Below are positions 42,901 through 51,537 of a DNA stretch of 64,000 bases, piece after piece. Both the position numbers and the translations under genes were made by a program. This stretch comes from a virus (Duplodnaviria; Caudoviricetes), in the IMG/VR virus record IMGVR_UViG_3300037400_001757, positions 3,219-67,218 of that record. One strand, written 5' to 3'. Numbering within the stretch: position 1 is the stretch's first letter; each line of letters opens with the position of its first letter. The notes under the pieces were generated by a model. The model did no database searches and had not been told where the DNA came from. It worked only from the letters and a program-made list of their open reading frames with translations.

Positions 42901-43603
42901 GAATGTATATGAAAAAGCTTGGGATAAGGCAGTTCAAGAGTCTAAGAGTCTTACATATGGTTCTTTAAGTAGTGACGATATATACAACAATATAGGTTGG
43001 GGACAGTTGTTTATGGGCGGCACAGGGTCTAAAGAAAGTAGACGTGTTGCTTATGAAAATATGCTTAATAAGGTTAAGGATATCTATGAAAAACAATATG
43101 TTCCAGAATATGGATATCTAGACAAAGATTATGTAGCATGGCAAGATATGACTAAAGATCTTGATCCTAAATCTAAGGCTTTTGCAAATGAATTCTTTGG
43201 TAAATTAGGCGTAGAAAGAAAGAACAGTATAAACGAAGATGCGTTAAAGTTAACTAAGAGTTTAGTTAATGCTTTTGATGAAACTAAGAATACTGCAACA
43301 GAAACTATAGAAGTTACTAAAGAAGGTTTTCAAGCGACAGTTACTAACCTAAAAGATGGCATTGATAAAATAGAAAAAACTGTTTCAGAAAATAAGGAAC
43401 TGAAAGAGTTAGTTAATGGTGTTAAAGAAATAGCTAAGAAGTTACCTGATGCAAATCAAGTTAAAGATAGTACTGTAAAAGTATATAACAACAATATACA
43501 ACCTGTTGTAAATAGTACAGCAAGTTATATAGACAATAGTTTATCTCATATGCCAAGTTTTGATGTAGGATCTGGAACTGCTGATTTAAACATATTTGAT
43601 TAA
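36980..43603 (+). CDS. Tape-measure-like protein with internal CHAP/NlpC-P60 peptidoglycan hydrolase domain
   Basis: 2207 aa, helical with Trp/Gly repeats; FATGAKVDGPTLAMVGEAGPE motif; YCARGVG...GSVIVW...GHVAIV. Confidence 0.8.
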   Translation: MLNGKLENSFISGQDKETLRRTRTERQNYEELSKEFRERIVKDLNTKELQSLSKNSSASLTSIQAMMKVQGSYLRNIDNTLKRLVKINDNFIKALTKNLSLGTKINLGNKASILGSYATDNRKNIIRDNKEYANLSSSISTFTDVIKKLDERQRERTNEVLSMLSEVPTDLSTNISIAIDKTLRDHPMLRKVYGTLSATAGTAFNWTKQGISEMLGLPTNISLGNLTKIVSWNVTGKWEREVRINKSLPLQTLISLLSSIQKQTWLINNDTLQNIQNGYKSSTKELEDKGGLKTLADSISPGLKKMFLTYLGLKAGTNGWLPFLKLDNAAFWLSKKILFPVVGFLGNIGVSLLTILGKGAINYPKITTGFVSVGALLLNRAKTNAKRLADNEKKLNKMRSEAQGNWYNPDYETIKVGGKTLSEKDRSKSWAGYIKEEFSKGFWRETFTKGFGKTVGGLWKSIFNQDALRKEREANDKEAELKAIESFKIKFMTSIAKRGQDVADAIIGLKEAEYDIKLMREQVVGKSNFKEIEEAKKLIADLKAQQQHAEDTKIEANWWGRFFTKQWWSDWSGTKSAYNWTKDKLSNTKTSVVDFYNNAKEPLWWMSQGDKLKDWYNTTFTKDNFKNTGKNGLDKVRNFLTDNRVSNLIVDWFKEFTEGKDEGKGIRDLIGGTTGANSSNLGWLRLAKNRLALLRTGKDEKGNNIKGDNLYKGLKNANNSKGISDILNQLDPDEQKSFAFLLLSRIGYQKGNTLESRIQDLKDQLWVNKDGKSFASRVIKELQNINNQFYYNKTGEKTFATMLFDKLGKVGDKSLIQLTREIHDDVCTSQEGKGTTPTLKYIIRGGLDPITKKDFRQYLPEPSIHLYERFDKWLEKEGIDNIQSQARGTMQYYTSGNMIYGNQANQQLSNAAKGKGNQGTVSNIFKALNETNNGSLFYKMAVDIHAIAALLRDQFKPTKTKSGKTNSVINLSDGQFDGIPYFATGAKVDGPTLAMVGEAGPEKVQPLTGPVAEEVHKQEAKGIFGYLKDYFSSVSERSKEYQEKYKYNKIAAGANVISKDIAHYLWEDAKQTGKDAVNAAISGTKIAGVAAGAGIVGTVALTAAAISKAPDAVRAAKKFMDEANTVGVYSDRSESLRRENEFADEGLSGNFLSNIDKFADAKKKIQEERIAKVISDTINEYEQQNGFGKRVKTVLTDYITNPIKNYFDDTIAKGKTKAGKVLHGISSYLKNDLETFKKRFKSKYLPFFKDPIGVLLGSASEPAHLSLLTNLISRAIFPVIGIGLIWLLMNPRMKSATKKFVTGIIPNYLRYGFWGGTSRNIVNALEMLPGNEEYFGSESKLDRLGYLAGKGAGKAGLAAGYQLVAKRLGKSTGKALSKLGLKSFAKTIPFSSLLWDVSEYGLSKYREATAKTIEEKEKYARDVRTDSGRLKSTAIGTALGAGIGALGLGVGAAPGAAIGGTIGSVGYDIYNAFSDTNEYVSDDVFLKEKAKRYGFTQLDLLTKDQKKLLKTYILQLETSSFVKTLSPTQLEQLKYTIARLGNSKFIVSKQDWLGNWSYDEGDFAASFVNSEQYKYLERDLGFWKNKHANQKIFFGLGISKTGRLCTGNPRTEMMLMSQWVNESGNEEVIVAWRGLPPDTQAKYLKEWCRWQYGVDAAQFKDEDGNKILNDILNEYNSLQRKKETNVETAAKRVVTPTKKKGFKHSLGYLNAKGEIVDKLDNVTSSDIISQNFQPLSSVPSDIAERIKTAAKIQTDIMGANRDYALKKRNELKAKQKKLEDQGLHVEAGRIKDELEKKMHDDEGFYCARGVGNTLAKAGLLSKHPGGHAWTYANTLSKSKNFIETTKDYKEDPKELLGAPLGSVIVWGKSKERPNGHVAIVVGKDTKGNVIESSDRQSLLAKTIERANQYSGFRVFYPNVNNQPKQSSSLFSGLKDLYNTGAEKFSNFVGNTKTTLNKMATSVSSAIDPKSDMAKNVYEKAWDKAVQESKSLTYGSLSSDDIYNNIGWGQLFMGGTGSKESRRVAYENMLNKVKDIYEKQYVPEYGYLDKDYVAWQDMTKDLDPKSKAFANEFFGKLGVERKNSINEDALKLTKSLVNAFDETKNTATETIEVTKEGFQATVTNLKDGIDKIEKTVSENKELKELVNGVKEIAKKLPDANQVKDSTVKVYNNNIQPVVNSTASYIDNSLSHMPSFDVGSGTADLNIFD

Positions 43604-43621
43604 TATTAAGGAGATATAGAT

Positions 43622-44941
43622 ATGGCTGTACCTATAAATATTGGTTTACCACCTAAAGGAAGTATGTCTAAACTTAATTGGTTAGAAAGAAAACAGGTAT
43701 ATACTAAATTAGAAATTACTCCTTATATCATAGAAACTAAGACATTAGAGGAAGCTGTTGAAAATTTAGCTAATAATACAATTAGATTTGATTCAACTAA
43801 AGGTTCTTTATCTTTAGCTGCAAGAGCTACTGCATTAGGTTTGCCTAAAGGGACATATAGTGATTTTAAAACTGTTAATATATATGCTCTTCAGGAAGGC
43901 GCTGTTAATGAAACTTATACCAATGATATAAGTAGCTCAACATTAATAGGAAATATATATGAGAATTTTTCTAATAATAAGTTGGCTGATTTTATGAGAG
44001 TTATAAACTCTAATTTTGGTGAAGATGCAACAGGTAATATACTAACTGATATGGTAAGTGTTATAGGAAATTTTCTAGACCCTGAAACAGCAAGCAAAGC
44101 AAATGAAGCTGTCAAGAATATTGATTTCAAAAATACTACAGGTAGTATTAAAGAATACTTAGATAAGAATAAGATTTTTGGAAAGAACACTAATGAAATA
44201 TTGGCTGCATTCGGAGGAGCAGCAGCTGATACATTGTCTGGGCATAGGCCAATATATCCTAAGTTATGGAACAATTCAGGTACATCTACAGCTTATTCTT
44301 TTAGAGTTAGATTATACAACCCCAATCCTATGAGTACTACTTTACATAAATTATGTATAACTAATCCTTTATGTATATTGAAAGCGTTAGTTATGCCATC
44401 TACTATAGGTGAACAAGTAAATGAAGAAACTAAAGAGGTTACTTTTGAAAGTATAACTGATGCTACATATTTTCCTCCATTATATATGAGTGTTAAAGTT
44501 TCAGATTTGTTCTATATACCGGCTGCTATGATAGAAACTATGAGTGTAACTTTAGGTGGAGATGAAAACAGTTTAGCTATGAGTGTTAAATATGGTAGGC
44601 CAAATTATGTAGATGTATCTATTACGTTTAAGCCATTATACCAGGTTAAGGTTATATCTGATAAAACTGTAAGTAATTATTCTAATGAGTTTCTTAATAT
44701 GAAAGAATTAATAGGTGAAACAGCTGATACAGAAAATCAAGAAGAAAGTGATGAAACCCAACTGGCAACTTCGTCTGAGATAGCTACGGCAACAGGCGGT
44801 GAAGCTCAAAGCGACCAACCTCAAGGTAATAGAGGTGGTCCTAATACAGATATATATAGTGAGCTTACTGGTAAAGAGGCTATTCCGGGTACTATCACAT
44901 CTAGAACGGTTCCTGATTATATGAATGAACCTGGTAGGTAA
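43622..44941 (+). CDS. Baseplate / tube-initiator protein (gp48/gp54-like)
   Basis: YPKLWNNS...YSFRVRLYNP...VDVSITFKPLY; directly follows the tape measure. Confidence 0.45.
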   Translation: MAVPINIGLPPKGSMSKLNWLERKQVYTKLEITPYIIETKTLEEAVENLANNTIRFDSTKGSLSLAARATALGLPKGTYSDFKTVNIYALQEGAVNETYTNDISSSTLIGNIYENFSNNKLADFMRVINSNFGEDATGNILTDMVSVIGNFLDPETASKANEAVKNIDFKNTTGSIKEYLDKNKIFGKNTNEILAAFGGAAADTLSGHRPIYPKLWNNSGTSTAYSFRVRLYNPNPMSTTLHKLCITNPLCILKALVMPSTIGEQVNEETKEVTFESITDATYFPPLYMSVKVSDLFYIPAAMIETMSVTLGGDENSLAMSVKYGRPNYVDVSITFKPLYQVKVISDKTVSNYSNEFLNMKELIGETADTENQEESDETQLATSSEIATATGGEAQSDQPQGNRGGPNTDIYSELTGKEAIPGTITSRTVPDYMNEPGR

Positions 44942-45025
44942 TTATAACAGTATAAACTTCCTTGAAAACAAACTAAATTAGAAATTTCTAGTTAATTTAA
45001 CTTTACTAGTAAAGGAGTTTATATC

Positions 45026-46843
45026 ATGAATTTTCCTCCAAAAGGTAATTTGCTTAGAGTATTTGACCAACAAATGAAAATGTTTCAGGTATGTTGTAGT
45101 GAAATGCCTGACATGAAAGTAAGGGTTCGAGAAGGTTCTTTTTGGGATAATGGAACTAACTTTGTAGAATTTCCAGGTGGTACATCTAAAGTAATTACAG
45201 CACCTAGAGTAGGTTGTAAAATAGTATTAATTGGTGTTAATACAGCTGCATCTATAGTTATATTAGATGGTGAAGTAGTAACAGCAAATCCAAGAGCACC
45301 AGAATGTCCGAAGAATGTATTACCTTGTGCTATGATATTATTGCAATCAACATCTACAGCAATAACACAAGAAATGATATTTGATTGTAGACCAGTATTC
45401 TATACAAGATATCCTGTATCTCATAATGATTTAACTTATAGAAATGCAGAAAACGCACATAATATTGAAGCTATTACAGGATTAGTAGATGCTTTAACAG
45501 AAAGACCTAATGTAAGAGAATTACAAGAATATCTAAATGATAAAGCAGATTTGAATGGTACTGATTCTCCTGTCTTTATGTTAAATAAGAATGGTAGCGG
45601 TGTTGTTACATTTCCAGCTGACATCGTATTCCAGAGAGGTGACAACCTTAATGCTATATTGAGGTTTGACCAAGATCCAGAAGGTGGATTAAAATTCTCT
45701 AAAGATAATGGTACTACTTGGTTAAATGTCCAATTAGGTAATGACGACATGTCAGACTATTACACTAAAGAAGAAGTAGATGGAAAGATATCTGAAGTAT
45801 CTGTAAGAGTATCAGCCAGTGAATTAAAGATATCTAATATCGAAGAAAACATAGTTAATATAGGTCAAGACATATCTGCTTTACATCAAAGTTTAGAAAA
45901 TGCTAATCAAGCTATTGAAGGATTAAATAATTCAAAGGAAGATAAATTTGAAAAGAACAGTGCTTTTAATAAGAACTTTGGTATTGAAGCTGGAACCGTT
46001 GCTGAAGGTAATCATAGTCATGCTTCCATAAGTAAAACTTTGTATGTTGATAGTAATGCCGTAGATGAAGATGGTAACGGATCTATATTAAAACCATTTA
46101 AGACAGTTAGAGCTGCTTCATTAATTGCTGTTGATGGTGACTTAATTAGAATTGCTACTGGTACTTATAATGAAGAAGATATCACATTTGCTACAGGTGT
46201 ATCTATACAAGGCGAAACTGTTAAGGCTTTAATTAATGCTAATGTTACATTTGGTACTGTAGATGCTTTAGATCATAGTCCTGTATCTATTAGAGATATT
46301 ACTTTTGGTAAGAAGTCTAATCCAAAGAATATAGCTATTAATTATACTAGCGAAATATTTAATTGTAATTTCTATGGTCCTGTTCAATTTAATAATGCAA
46401 CTAGATCTGCTACATTAATGAATTGTAACTTTAGATGTGATAATGCCAATCCAGCTATTACTTTTAGTGGCACTATGTATAATCAAATATTAGGCACTAT
46501 TAATAATGATACTGGTAAAGCTATGCTTATTAATGCTGGTCAAGTTTCATTAAATACTGTTATAGTTAATAGTAAATCTACTAGTGAAACTATTAATGTT
46601 GGCAGTAATGGTTCATTAAATGTTATAGCTTCTCAGATTAGTAATAGTTCTACAGGTAAAGCTATTGATGGTACTAATGCTAAAGCTAATGGATTTAATG
46701 CCATTATGTCTAGTATCATAGATAAGGATGTAGAATTCGGTGAAAGACTAGTTTTAGTAAATGGTGTTAAATTAATGAGTGGCGATTTTAATGGCAATAG
46801 AGTCGTTAAACCTGATGATAACAATATACCGACTAATCATTAA
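45026..46843 (+). CDS. Tail fibre/spike with pectin-lyase-like beta-helix
   Basis: HNIEAITGLVDAL fibre motif, coiled coil, then LYVD...GNGSILKPFKTV...A..GD.IRIATGTYNE beta-helix cap. Confidence 0.7.
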   Translation: MNFPPKGNLLRVFDQQMKMFQVCCSEMPDMKVRVREGSFWDNGTNFVEFPGGTSKVITAPRVGCKIVLIGVNTAASIVILDGEVVTANPRAPECPKNVLPCAMILLQSTSTAITQEMIFDCRPVFYTRYPVSHNDLTYRNAENAHNIEAITGLVDALTERPNVRELQEYLNDKADLNGTDSPVFMLNKNGSGVVTFPADIVFQRGDNLNAILRFDQDPEGGLKFSKDNGTTWLNVQLGNDDMSDYYTKEEVDGKISEVSVRVSASELKISNIEENIVNIGQDISALHQSLENANQAIEGLNNSKEDKFEKNSAFNKNFGIEAGTVAEGNHSHASISKTLYVDSNAVDEDGNGSILKPFKTVRAASLIAVDGDLIRIATGTYNEEDITFATGVSIQGETVKALINANVTFGTVDALDHSPVSIRDITFGKKSNPKNIAINYTSEIFNCNFYGPVQFNNATRSATLMNCNFRCDNANPAITFSGTMYNQILGTINNDTGKAMLINAGQVSLNTVIVNSKSTSETINVGSNGSLNVIASQISNSSTGKAIDGTNAKANGFNAIMSSIIDKDVEFGERLVLVNGVKLMSGDFNGNRVVKPDDNNIPTNH

Positions 46844-46882
46844 TAAATAGTTACTAATTGCATAAACCTCTATAAAGTTGAT

Positions 46883-46914
46883 TTGGCCTATTCGGAGAAA
46901 TCTGGATAGGCCAA
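46883..46914 (+). terminator. Putative terminator hairpin
   Basis: TTGGCCTATTCGGA-GAAA-TCTGGATAGGCCAA; same GGCCTAT/ATAGGCC stem as 26621..26652. Confidence 0.6.
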
Positions 46915-46979
46915 TTACCACTCTGGCAAAATAGAAATAACTTTATATATACTTCTTTGGATAGGAGAAAATATTTACT

Positions 46980-47165
46980 GTGGCTACGTATGATTATAGA
47001 TGTCCTAAATGTGGAAACGAAACTGAGATATTCCTTACGTTTAATAAGGAAGCTAAAATAATTTGTGATAAATGTGGAACTCAAATGACTAAGTTATTGA
47101 ATTCTGTTCCGATACATTTTAGGTGTAGTGGTTTCTATACTACAGATTATAAAAATAAGAAATGA
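46980..47165 (+). CDS. FmdB-family zinc-ribbon protein
   Basis: YDYRCPKCG...CDKCG...IHFRCSGFYTTDY; GTG start with AGGAG RBS. Confidence 0.85.
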   Translation: MATYDYRCPKCGNETEIFLTFNKEAKIICDKCGTQMTKLLNSVPIHFRCSGFYTTDYKNKK

Positions 47166-47181
47166 GGCATAGATCAAAATA

Positions 47182-47517
47182 ATGTTAGATAAATTCTATG
47201 CCATTGGCGAATCATTTGAGTATCATGGAAAGTTAATTACTTGTATAAAGAGTGATAGAGAAGACTATAGTTGTAATGGTTGTTTCTTTAAAAAGAAGTT
47301 ACATTGTAATTTAAAATGTGATTCTATTAATAGGCATGACCATCAGAATGTTATATTCATTAAAGAAAAACGTAAGAAACCTGAAAGAGATATTATATCT
47401 ACTATTGTTAATTTAAAGAAAAGATTAAAGTCTGATATTAGTTTAAGAATGATAAATGAAATAGAAAGATATATAGTATCATTAAGAAAGGAACTCTTAG
47501 ATTTAAGAGAAAAGTAA
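47182..47517 (+). CDS. Hypothetical protein with CxxC motif (111 aa)
   Basis: SCNGCFF...C...C...VIF. Confidence 0.65.
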   Translation: MLDKFYAIGESFEYHGKLITCIKSDREDYSCNGCFFKKKLHCNLKCDSINRHDHQNVIFIKEKRKKPERDIISTIVNLKKRLKSDISLRMINEIERYIVSLRKELLDLREK

Positions 47518-47519
47518 TT

Positions 47520-48065
47520 ATGTCAGAACAATACGATAATTACATTAGAGAACATAGGGATAATGTTATAAGAGCTTGGAATATTTTAAGTGATAATTTA
47601 CCTAGAGAATTTATAGAAAAGTATCATGTTAATATGGACAGAGTAGATGATAATATTATCTTACATGATAAATCTAAATTTGATGAAGAAGAATATGATG
47701 CTTATGATAAATACTTTTATAGAGATCCAACTGATAAATTTAATGTGTTAGTATTATCTGGTCAGATAGATAGACAAGCTGACTTTGATAAAGCATGGTT
47801 ACATCATCAACATCATAACCCTCACCATTGGCAATATTGGGTATTAAGAAATGATGATGGTAATACTAAAGTATTAGATATGGATATTGAATATATCTTA
47901 GAAATGATATGTGATTGGTGGTCATTTAGTTTAAAGAAAAATCAACCATTAGAAATTATACAATTCTATAAAGATAATGAAAGTACTAGAATATTAAGTA
48001 ATAAGACTAAAGTCATAGTATTAGAAATATTAGACATAATCAAAAAGATAAAGACCTTTGATTAA
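47520..48065 (+). CDS. HD-like protein (DUF5662-type)
   Basis: HDKSKF...AWLHHQHHNPHHWQYW...EMICDWWS. Confidence 0.65.
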   Translation: MSEQYDNYIREHRDNVIRAWNILSDNLPREFIEKYHVNMDRVDDNIILHDKSKFDEEEYDAYDKYFYRDPTDKFNVLVLSGQIDRQADFDKAWLHHQHHNPHHWQYWVLRNDDGNTKVLDMDIEYILEMICDWWSFSLKKNQPLEIIQFYKDNESTRILSNKTKVIVLEILDIIKKIKTFD

Positions 48066-48159
48066 AGTAATATATAATATAGGTCGAATATTGATAAGTT
48101 GAAGCAAGCCAGGTCTAGAGTTTTAAGGGCAAATTTTTCTCTAGATCTGGCCCTTCACC

Positions 48160-48516
48160 ATGCTGGCAAAAAATTTATGTCTAGTTGTATTAAATATCTT
48201 ATACCAAAAGGCGGGTCAAAATAATTTGGGTAAGAAAAAGAAAAAGGAAACGGTGTCTAGTAAACCTGTATTCGTAGATCCTATAGCTAGTAATGATGAT
48301 AGGATAAATGAGCTTATTGAATTATTAGAGGAAAGATCTAAAGAAAACAGAGAAGAATCAGGAAGAGTATCTACTACAGGAAGATGTCATTGTGGTGGTT
48401 ATCTATGGTGGCATGAAAGCTTAGGTTATTATAAATGTGGTGATTGCTTATGTAGATATGATAAAACTTTAGTTGATCCTGATTTAGCGGAAGTTCCAGA
48501 TAGTGAGAAACCATGA
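48160..48516 (+). CDS. Hypothetical zinc-finger protein (true start uncertain)
   Basis: CHCGG...YKCGDC. Confidence 0.5.
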   Translation: MLAKNLCLVVLNILYQKAGQNNLGKKKKKETVSSKPVFVDPIASNDDRINELIELLEERSKENREESGRVSTTGRCHCGGYLWWHESLGYYKCGDCLCRYDKTLVDPDLAEVPDSEKP

Positions 48517-48535
48517 AACATCAGCGTGGTTTAAG

Positions 48536-48575
48536 ACCTACTTAGAAACATATAAGTATGTCAATCTAAGTAGGT
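48536..48575. terminator. Hairpin at convergent junction (possible bidirectional terminator)
   Basis: ACCTACTTAGA / TCTAAGTAGGT 11-bp stem with inner ACATA/TATGT. Confidence 0.6.
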
Positions 48576-48592
48576 TAATTTAATCTTATAAA

Positions 48593-48772
48593 TTAGAAGC
48601 CGTAAGTATTTCTATCTTTAAATTCTTGTTTCTTACCAATATTAAAATTTTCTACAGGTCTGTAAAACCCCGTAACTCTAGAAAATACTTCTGTCTTGCA
48701 GTTACATCTTTGTACTTTTCTATGAGAATCTTCCATACTATTAACTTCATTTAGAATCATATCGTTATCCAT
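48593..48772 (-). CDS. Stand-alone NrdD C-terminal glycyl-radical domain (59 aa)
   Basis: Hand translation MDNDMILNEVNSMEDSHRKVQRCNCKTEVFSRVTGFYRPVENFNIGKKQEFKDRNTYGF*; AAAGGAG RBS at 48784-48790; too short to appear in the ORF track. Confidence 0.88.
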   Translation of the reverse strand: MDNDMILNEVNSMEDSHRKVQRCNCKTEVFSRVTGFYRPVENFNIGKKQEFKDRNTYGF

Positions 48773-48799
48773 TATAAGTAATACTCCTTTAGAGATATC

Positions 48800-49504
48800 T
48801 TAAGAGAAATTAGTAGAGGTGAAATTTTCATTAATTTTAGCTAAAAGTATACTTACAATTTCATCTTTACTTTTATTATTACAATCTATAATATGTTTTT
48901 GACAACCGTCAGTTGCCCATTCATCAGATTTTTCTATATAAAAGTTTTGAATCTTTTTAAAGTAATCAATATTATTCTTTTCAAATTTATCATCAGAAGA
49001 AGTTCTTTTTATAGCTGTAATAGGATCAATATCTAAAATGAATAATATATCTGGTACTAAGATTAAATCTAACATCTTATGTACTTTATAGATTCTTTCA
49101 TAGTCATTGTTCATTAAACCTTGATATACAAAAGAACTATAGACATATCTATCACTAATAGTAATATCACCTTTCTTCAAACTAGGTATAATAACCTTAT
49201 TAATATTTTCATTTCTACAGCCAGCAAATAATAAGAAGTCAGTTACATAATCAATAGTAGTTGTAGTATTAATAATAGTTTTTAACTTCTTACATATTGG
49301 GGTAGCACCTGGTTCTCTAGTAATTCTAACATCATATTTACTAGTACTAGGTTTTCTTTTAATTAATTCTTCACTTAATAGATTAGTGATAGTAGATTTG
49401 CCAGCTCCGTCTATTCCTTCTATTACTATTAGTTTACCTGGAAAATCTACATTATCATATTTCCAAGTACCATCAGATTGTAATACTTCCATCATACGTT
49501 TCAT
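48800..49504 (-). CDS. tmk: Thymidylate kinase
   Basis: IEGIDGAGKST, TREPG, LLFAGCR, DRYVYSSFVYQG. Confidence 0.93.
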   Translation of the reverse strand: MKRMMEVLQSDGTWKYDNVDFPGKLIVIEGIDGAGKSTITNLLSEELIKRKPSTSKYDVRITREPGATPICKKLKTIINTTTTIDYVTDFLLFAGCRNENINKVIIPSLKKGDITISDRYVYSSFVYQGLMNNDYERIYKVHKMLDLILVPDILFILDIDPITAIKRTSSDDKFEKNNIDYFKKIQNFYIEKSDEWATDGCQKHIIDCNNKSKDEIVSILLAKINENFTSTNFS

Positions 49505-49522
49505 AATTTTAAATAGTTCCTT

Positions 49523-49735
49523 TCAAAGAATTTCTTTTTTGATATATAATCTACAACAACAATTACCAGTTTCTCTCATATTCTTACAAGGGCATATAGT
49601 GTCTTCAGTCATAGGAGAAACACAAGGACAATGATTACCATTTTTAGATAATCTTTCTCTAATAGAATTTACTATCTTTTCGTTAGGATTTAAAATAAGG
49701 TTATATTTATCTAAGTATATGTTGACATCTTCCAT
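49523..49735 (-). CDS. Ferredoxin:thioredoxin reductase catalytic (beta) subunit-like
   Basis: HCPC...ICPCK...CCC (CPC/CPC/CxC) signature, 70 aa. Confidence 0.8.
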   Translation of the reverse strand: MEDVNIYLDKYNLILNPNEKIVNSIRERLSKNGNHCPCVSPMTEDTICPCKNMRETGNCCCRLYIKKEIL

Positions 49736-49795
49736 AAGACGTTCCTTTCGTGAAATAATTAACTTTTCTTAAATAATATTAAGAATTATATAGAT

Positions 49796-49993
49796 TCATT
49801 TAATGATTTCTAAGATATCTTCTATCTTACAATCTAATTCATTACATATACGATCTAATACTGACAATGCAACATATTCATTCTTACTAAGTTTAGCTAT
49901 TGTTGCACCAGTTACTTTGATTCTATTCATGAGCTCTGTTTTAGTGATATTACGATCTATCATTAATTTTAGTAATCGTTTATAACTTACCAT
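49796..49993 (-). CDS. Xre/Cro-C1-type HTH regulator
   Basis: MVSYKRLLKLMIDR...IAKLSKNEYV...LDRICNELDCKIEDI. Confidence 0.85.
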   Translation of the reverse strand: MVSYKRLLKLMIDRNITKTELMNRIKVTGATIAKLSKNEYVALSVLDRICNELDCKIEDILEIIK

Positions 49994-50024
49994 AATTTTC
50001 CTTTCTCTTATAATAAAATAAAGT

Positions 50025-51537
50025 TAATTAGATAAGGATCTAATTAGTTATTATTTTATAAAGGAGAATTATGGTTTATGATTACTATGAAATTAAAGTA
50101 TAAAACTGATAATTCTTCTACTATATTAGATCTTATTAAGAATTATAACTCAATATATCATTTAGTTTATAATTATCTTTTTGATAACCCTAAAGCAAGT
50201 ACTAAAGATATCATGGCTTTTCTTAAAACTAAGAATAATATTAATCTAGATACTTATTTTAAGAATGGTGCTATTTATGATGTTAAGACAACACTTGCTA
50301 TGAATAATAATCATGACAAGAAAAATATCTTTGGTGGAAGAAAACTTTTTCTTGATAGATTACATAATAAGATTACTAAGGAAGAATTTCAATTAAAGAA
50401 ACTAAGACCTTTGCAAGTTGTAGGAGCTGCTTACGACTGCGGGAACTTAAAGTTTAAGATACAAACTAATTCTAGAATATTATTTAAGCCTAATCGTAAA
50501 GAACACTATATCTTAAATTTAGAATCAGTTGGTAAGAATTATAGAAAGAAATTAGATGCTTTATTGATTGCTCAGAATAATAAGCAGTTGCCAATAACTT
50601 ATAGGTTAAGTACAGATTATATCTATATGATGTTTGATGAATCTAAACTAGAACCAATCAAAGAAACTGTCAAAAAGAAAGATAGAATCTTTTCTATTGA
50701 TATGAATCCTAATTATATAGGCTGGTCTGTAATTGATTGGAAAGATTCTGATAAATATTATATAGTAAAATCTGGAGTAGTTTCTTTAAAGCCACTTAAT
50801 GATTATGAGAATTCTCTTACTGTTTCTATTAATAGTCCGGAAAAGAAGTATTGTACTAATAAGAGAAAATATGAAATTATTAATGTAGCTTATCAATTAT
50901 GTAATACTGCCAATCATTATAAATGTGAATTATTTTCTTTAGAAGATTTATCAATAGTGTCTAAAGATAATCATATGGGTAGAAGGTTCAATAAGTTAGT
51001 TAATAACCAATGGAATAGAAAATTACTGGAAAATATTATTAAGAAACTTTGTGATGTATATTCAATCAAAGTAACTAAAGTTAATCCAGCTTATTCTAGT
51101 ATCCAAGGTAATTTAACTTACAGATCTGAACACTTACCAGATATGATTTTATCTAGTATAGAAATTTCAAGACGTGCTTATGAGTTACATCATCAGTACA
51201 ACTTGAAAGATAAACCACAAATACGTAATATAATTTTTAATAATTCTGAGAATTCTATTAGCAGAATACGTCAGTCGTTGGAAGAATTGAAATATTCTGT
51301 AGAATTTAAAGAATTAAAGGAATTATATTATGTCATCTTACATCAAAAAAGTGAAAGTTGTAAGTATCGCTTTTCTATTGAGGAAGCAATTAAATGCCAC
51401 CCCAATAGTTTTTCAAGCCTAAACCATATAAAAGCTTATAAAATTCTTTATATTTTTTAACGTTTTTATATTATTTAGGTATTATAAGGCTACTTACCTT
51501 TTGACATATATAATTGTTATGCCATGGTAAGTAGCCT
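50025..51537 (+). mobile_element. Putative non-autonomous IS200/IS605-type element (tnpB only)
   Basis: tnpB flanked by palindromes 50025..50046 and 51487..51537, oriented opposite to the surrounding cluster; no tnpA seen; exact ends unknown. Confidence 0.5.
50078..51460 (+). CDS. tnpB: TnpB-like RuvC nuclease
   Basis: RuvC-I FSIDMNP, RuvC-II SLEDL, VNPAYSS, RuvC-III PDMILSSIEISRR. Confidence 0.85.
   Translation: MITMKLKYKTDNSSTILDLIKNYNSIYHLVYNYLFDNPKASTKDIMAFLKTKNNINLDTYFKNGAIYDVKTTLAMNNNHDKKNIFGGRKLFLDRLHNKITKEEFQLKKLRPLQVVGAAYDCGNLKFKIQTNSRILFKPNRKEHYILNLESVGKNYRKKLDALLIAQNNKQLPITYRLSTDYIYMMFDESKLEPIKETVKKKDRIFSIDMNPNYIGWSVIDWKDSDKYYIVKSGVVSLKPLNDYENSLTVSINSPEKKYCTNKRKYEIINVAYQLCNTANHYKCELFSLEDLSIVSKDNHMGRRFNKLVNNQWNRKLLENIIKKLCDVYSIKVTKVNPAYSSIQGNLTYRSEHLPDMILSSIEISRRAYELHHQYNLKDKPQIRNIIFNNSENSISRIRQSLEELKYSVEFKELKELYYVILHQKSESCKYRFSIEEAIKCHPNSFSSLNHIKAYKILYIF

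Noticed and set aside
25426-46843. Diversity-generating retroelement acting on fibre genes
   Set aside because: No reverse transcriptase and no template/variable repeat pair differing at adenines was seen in the window
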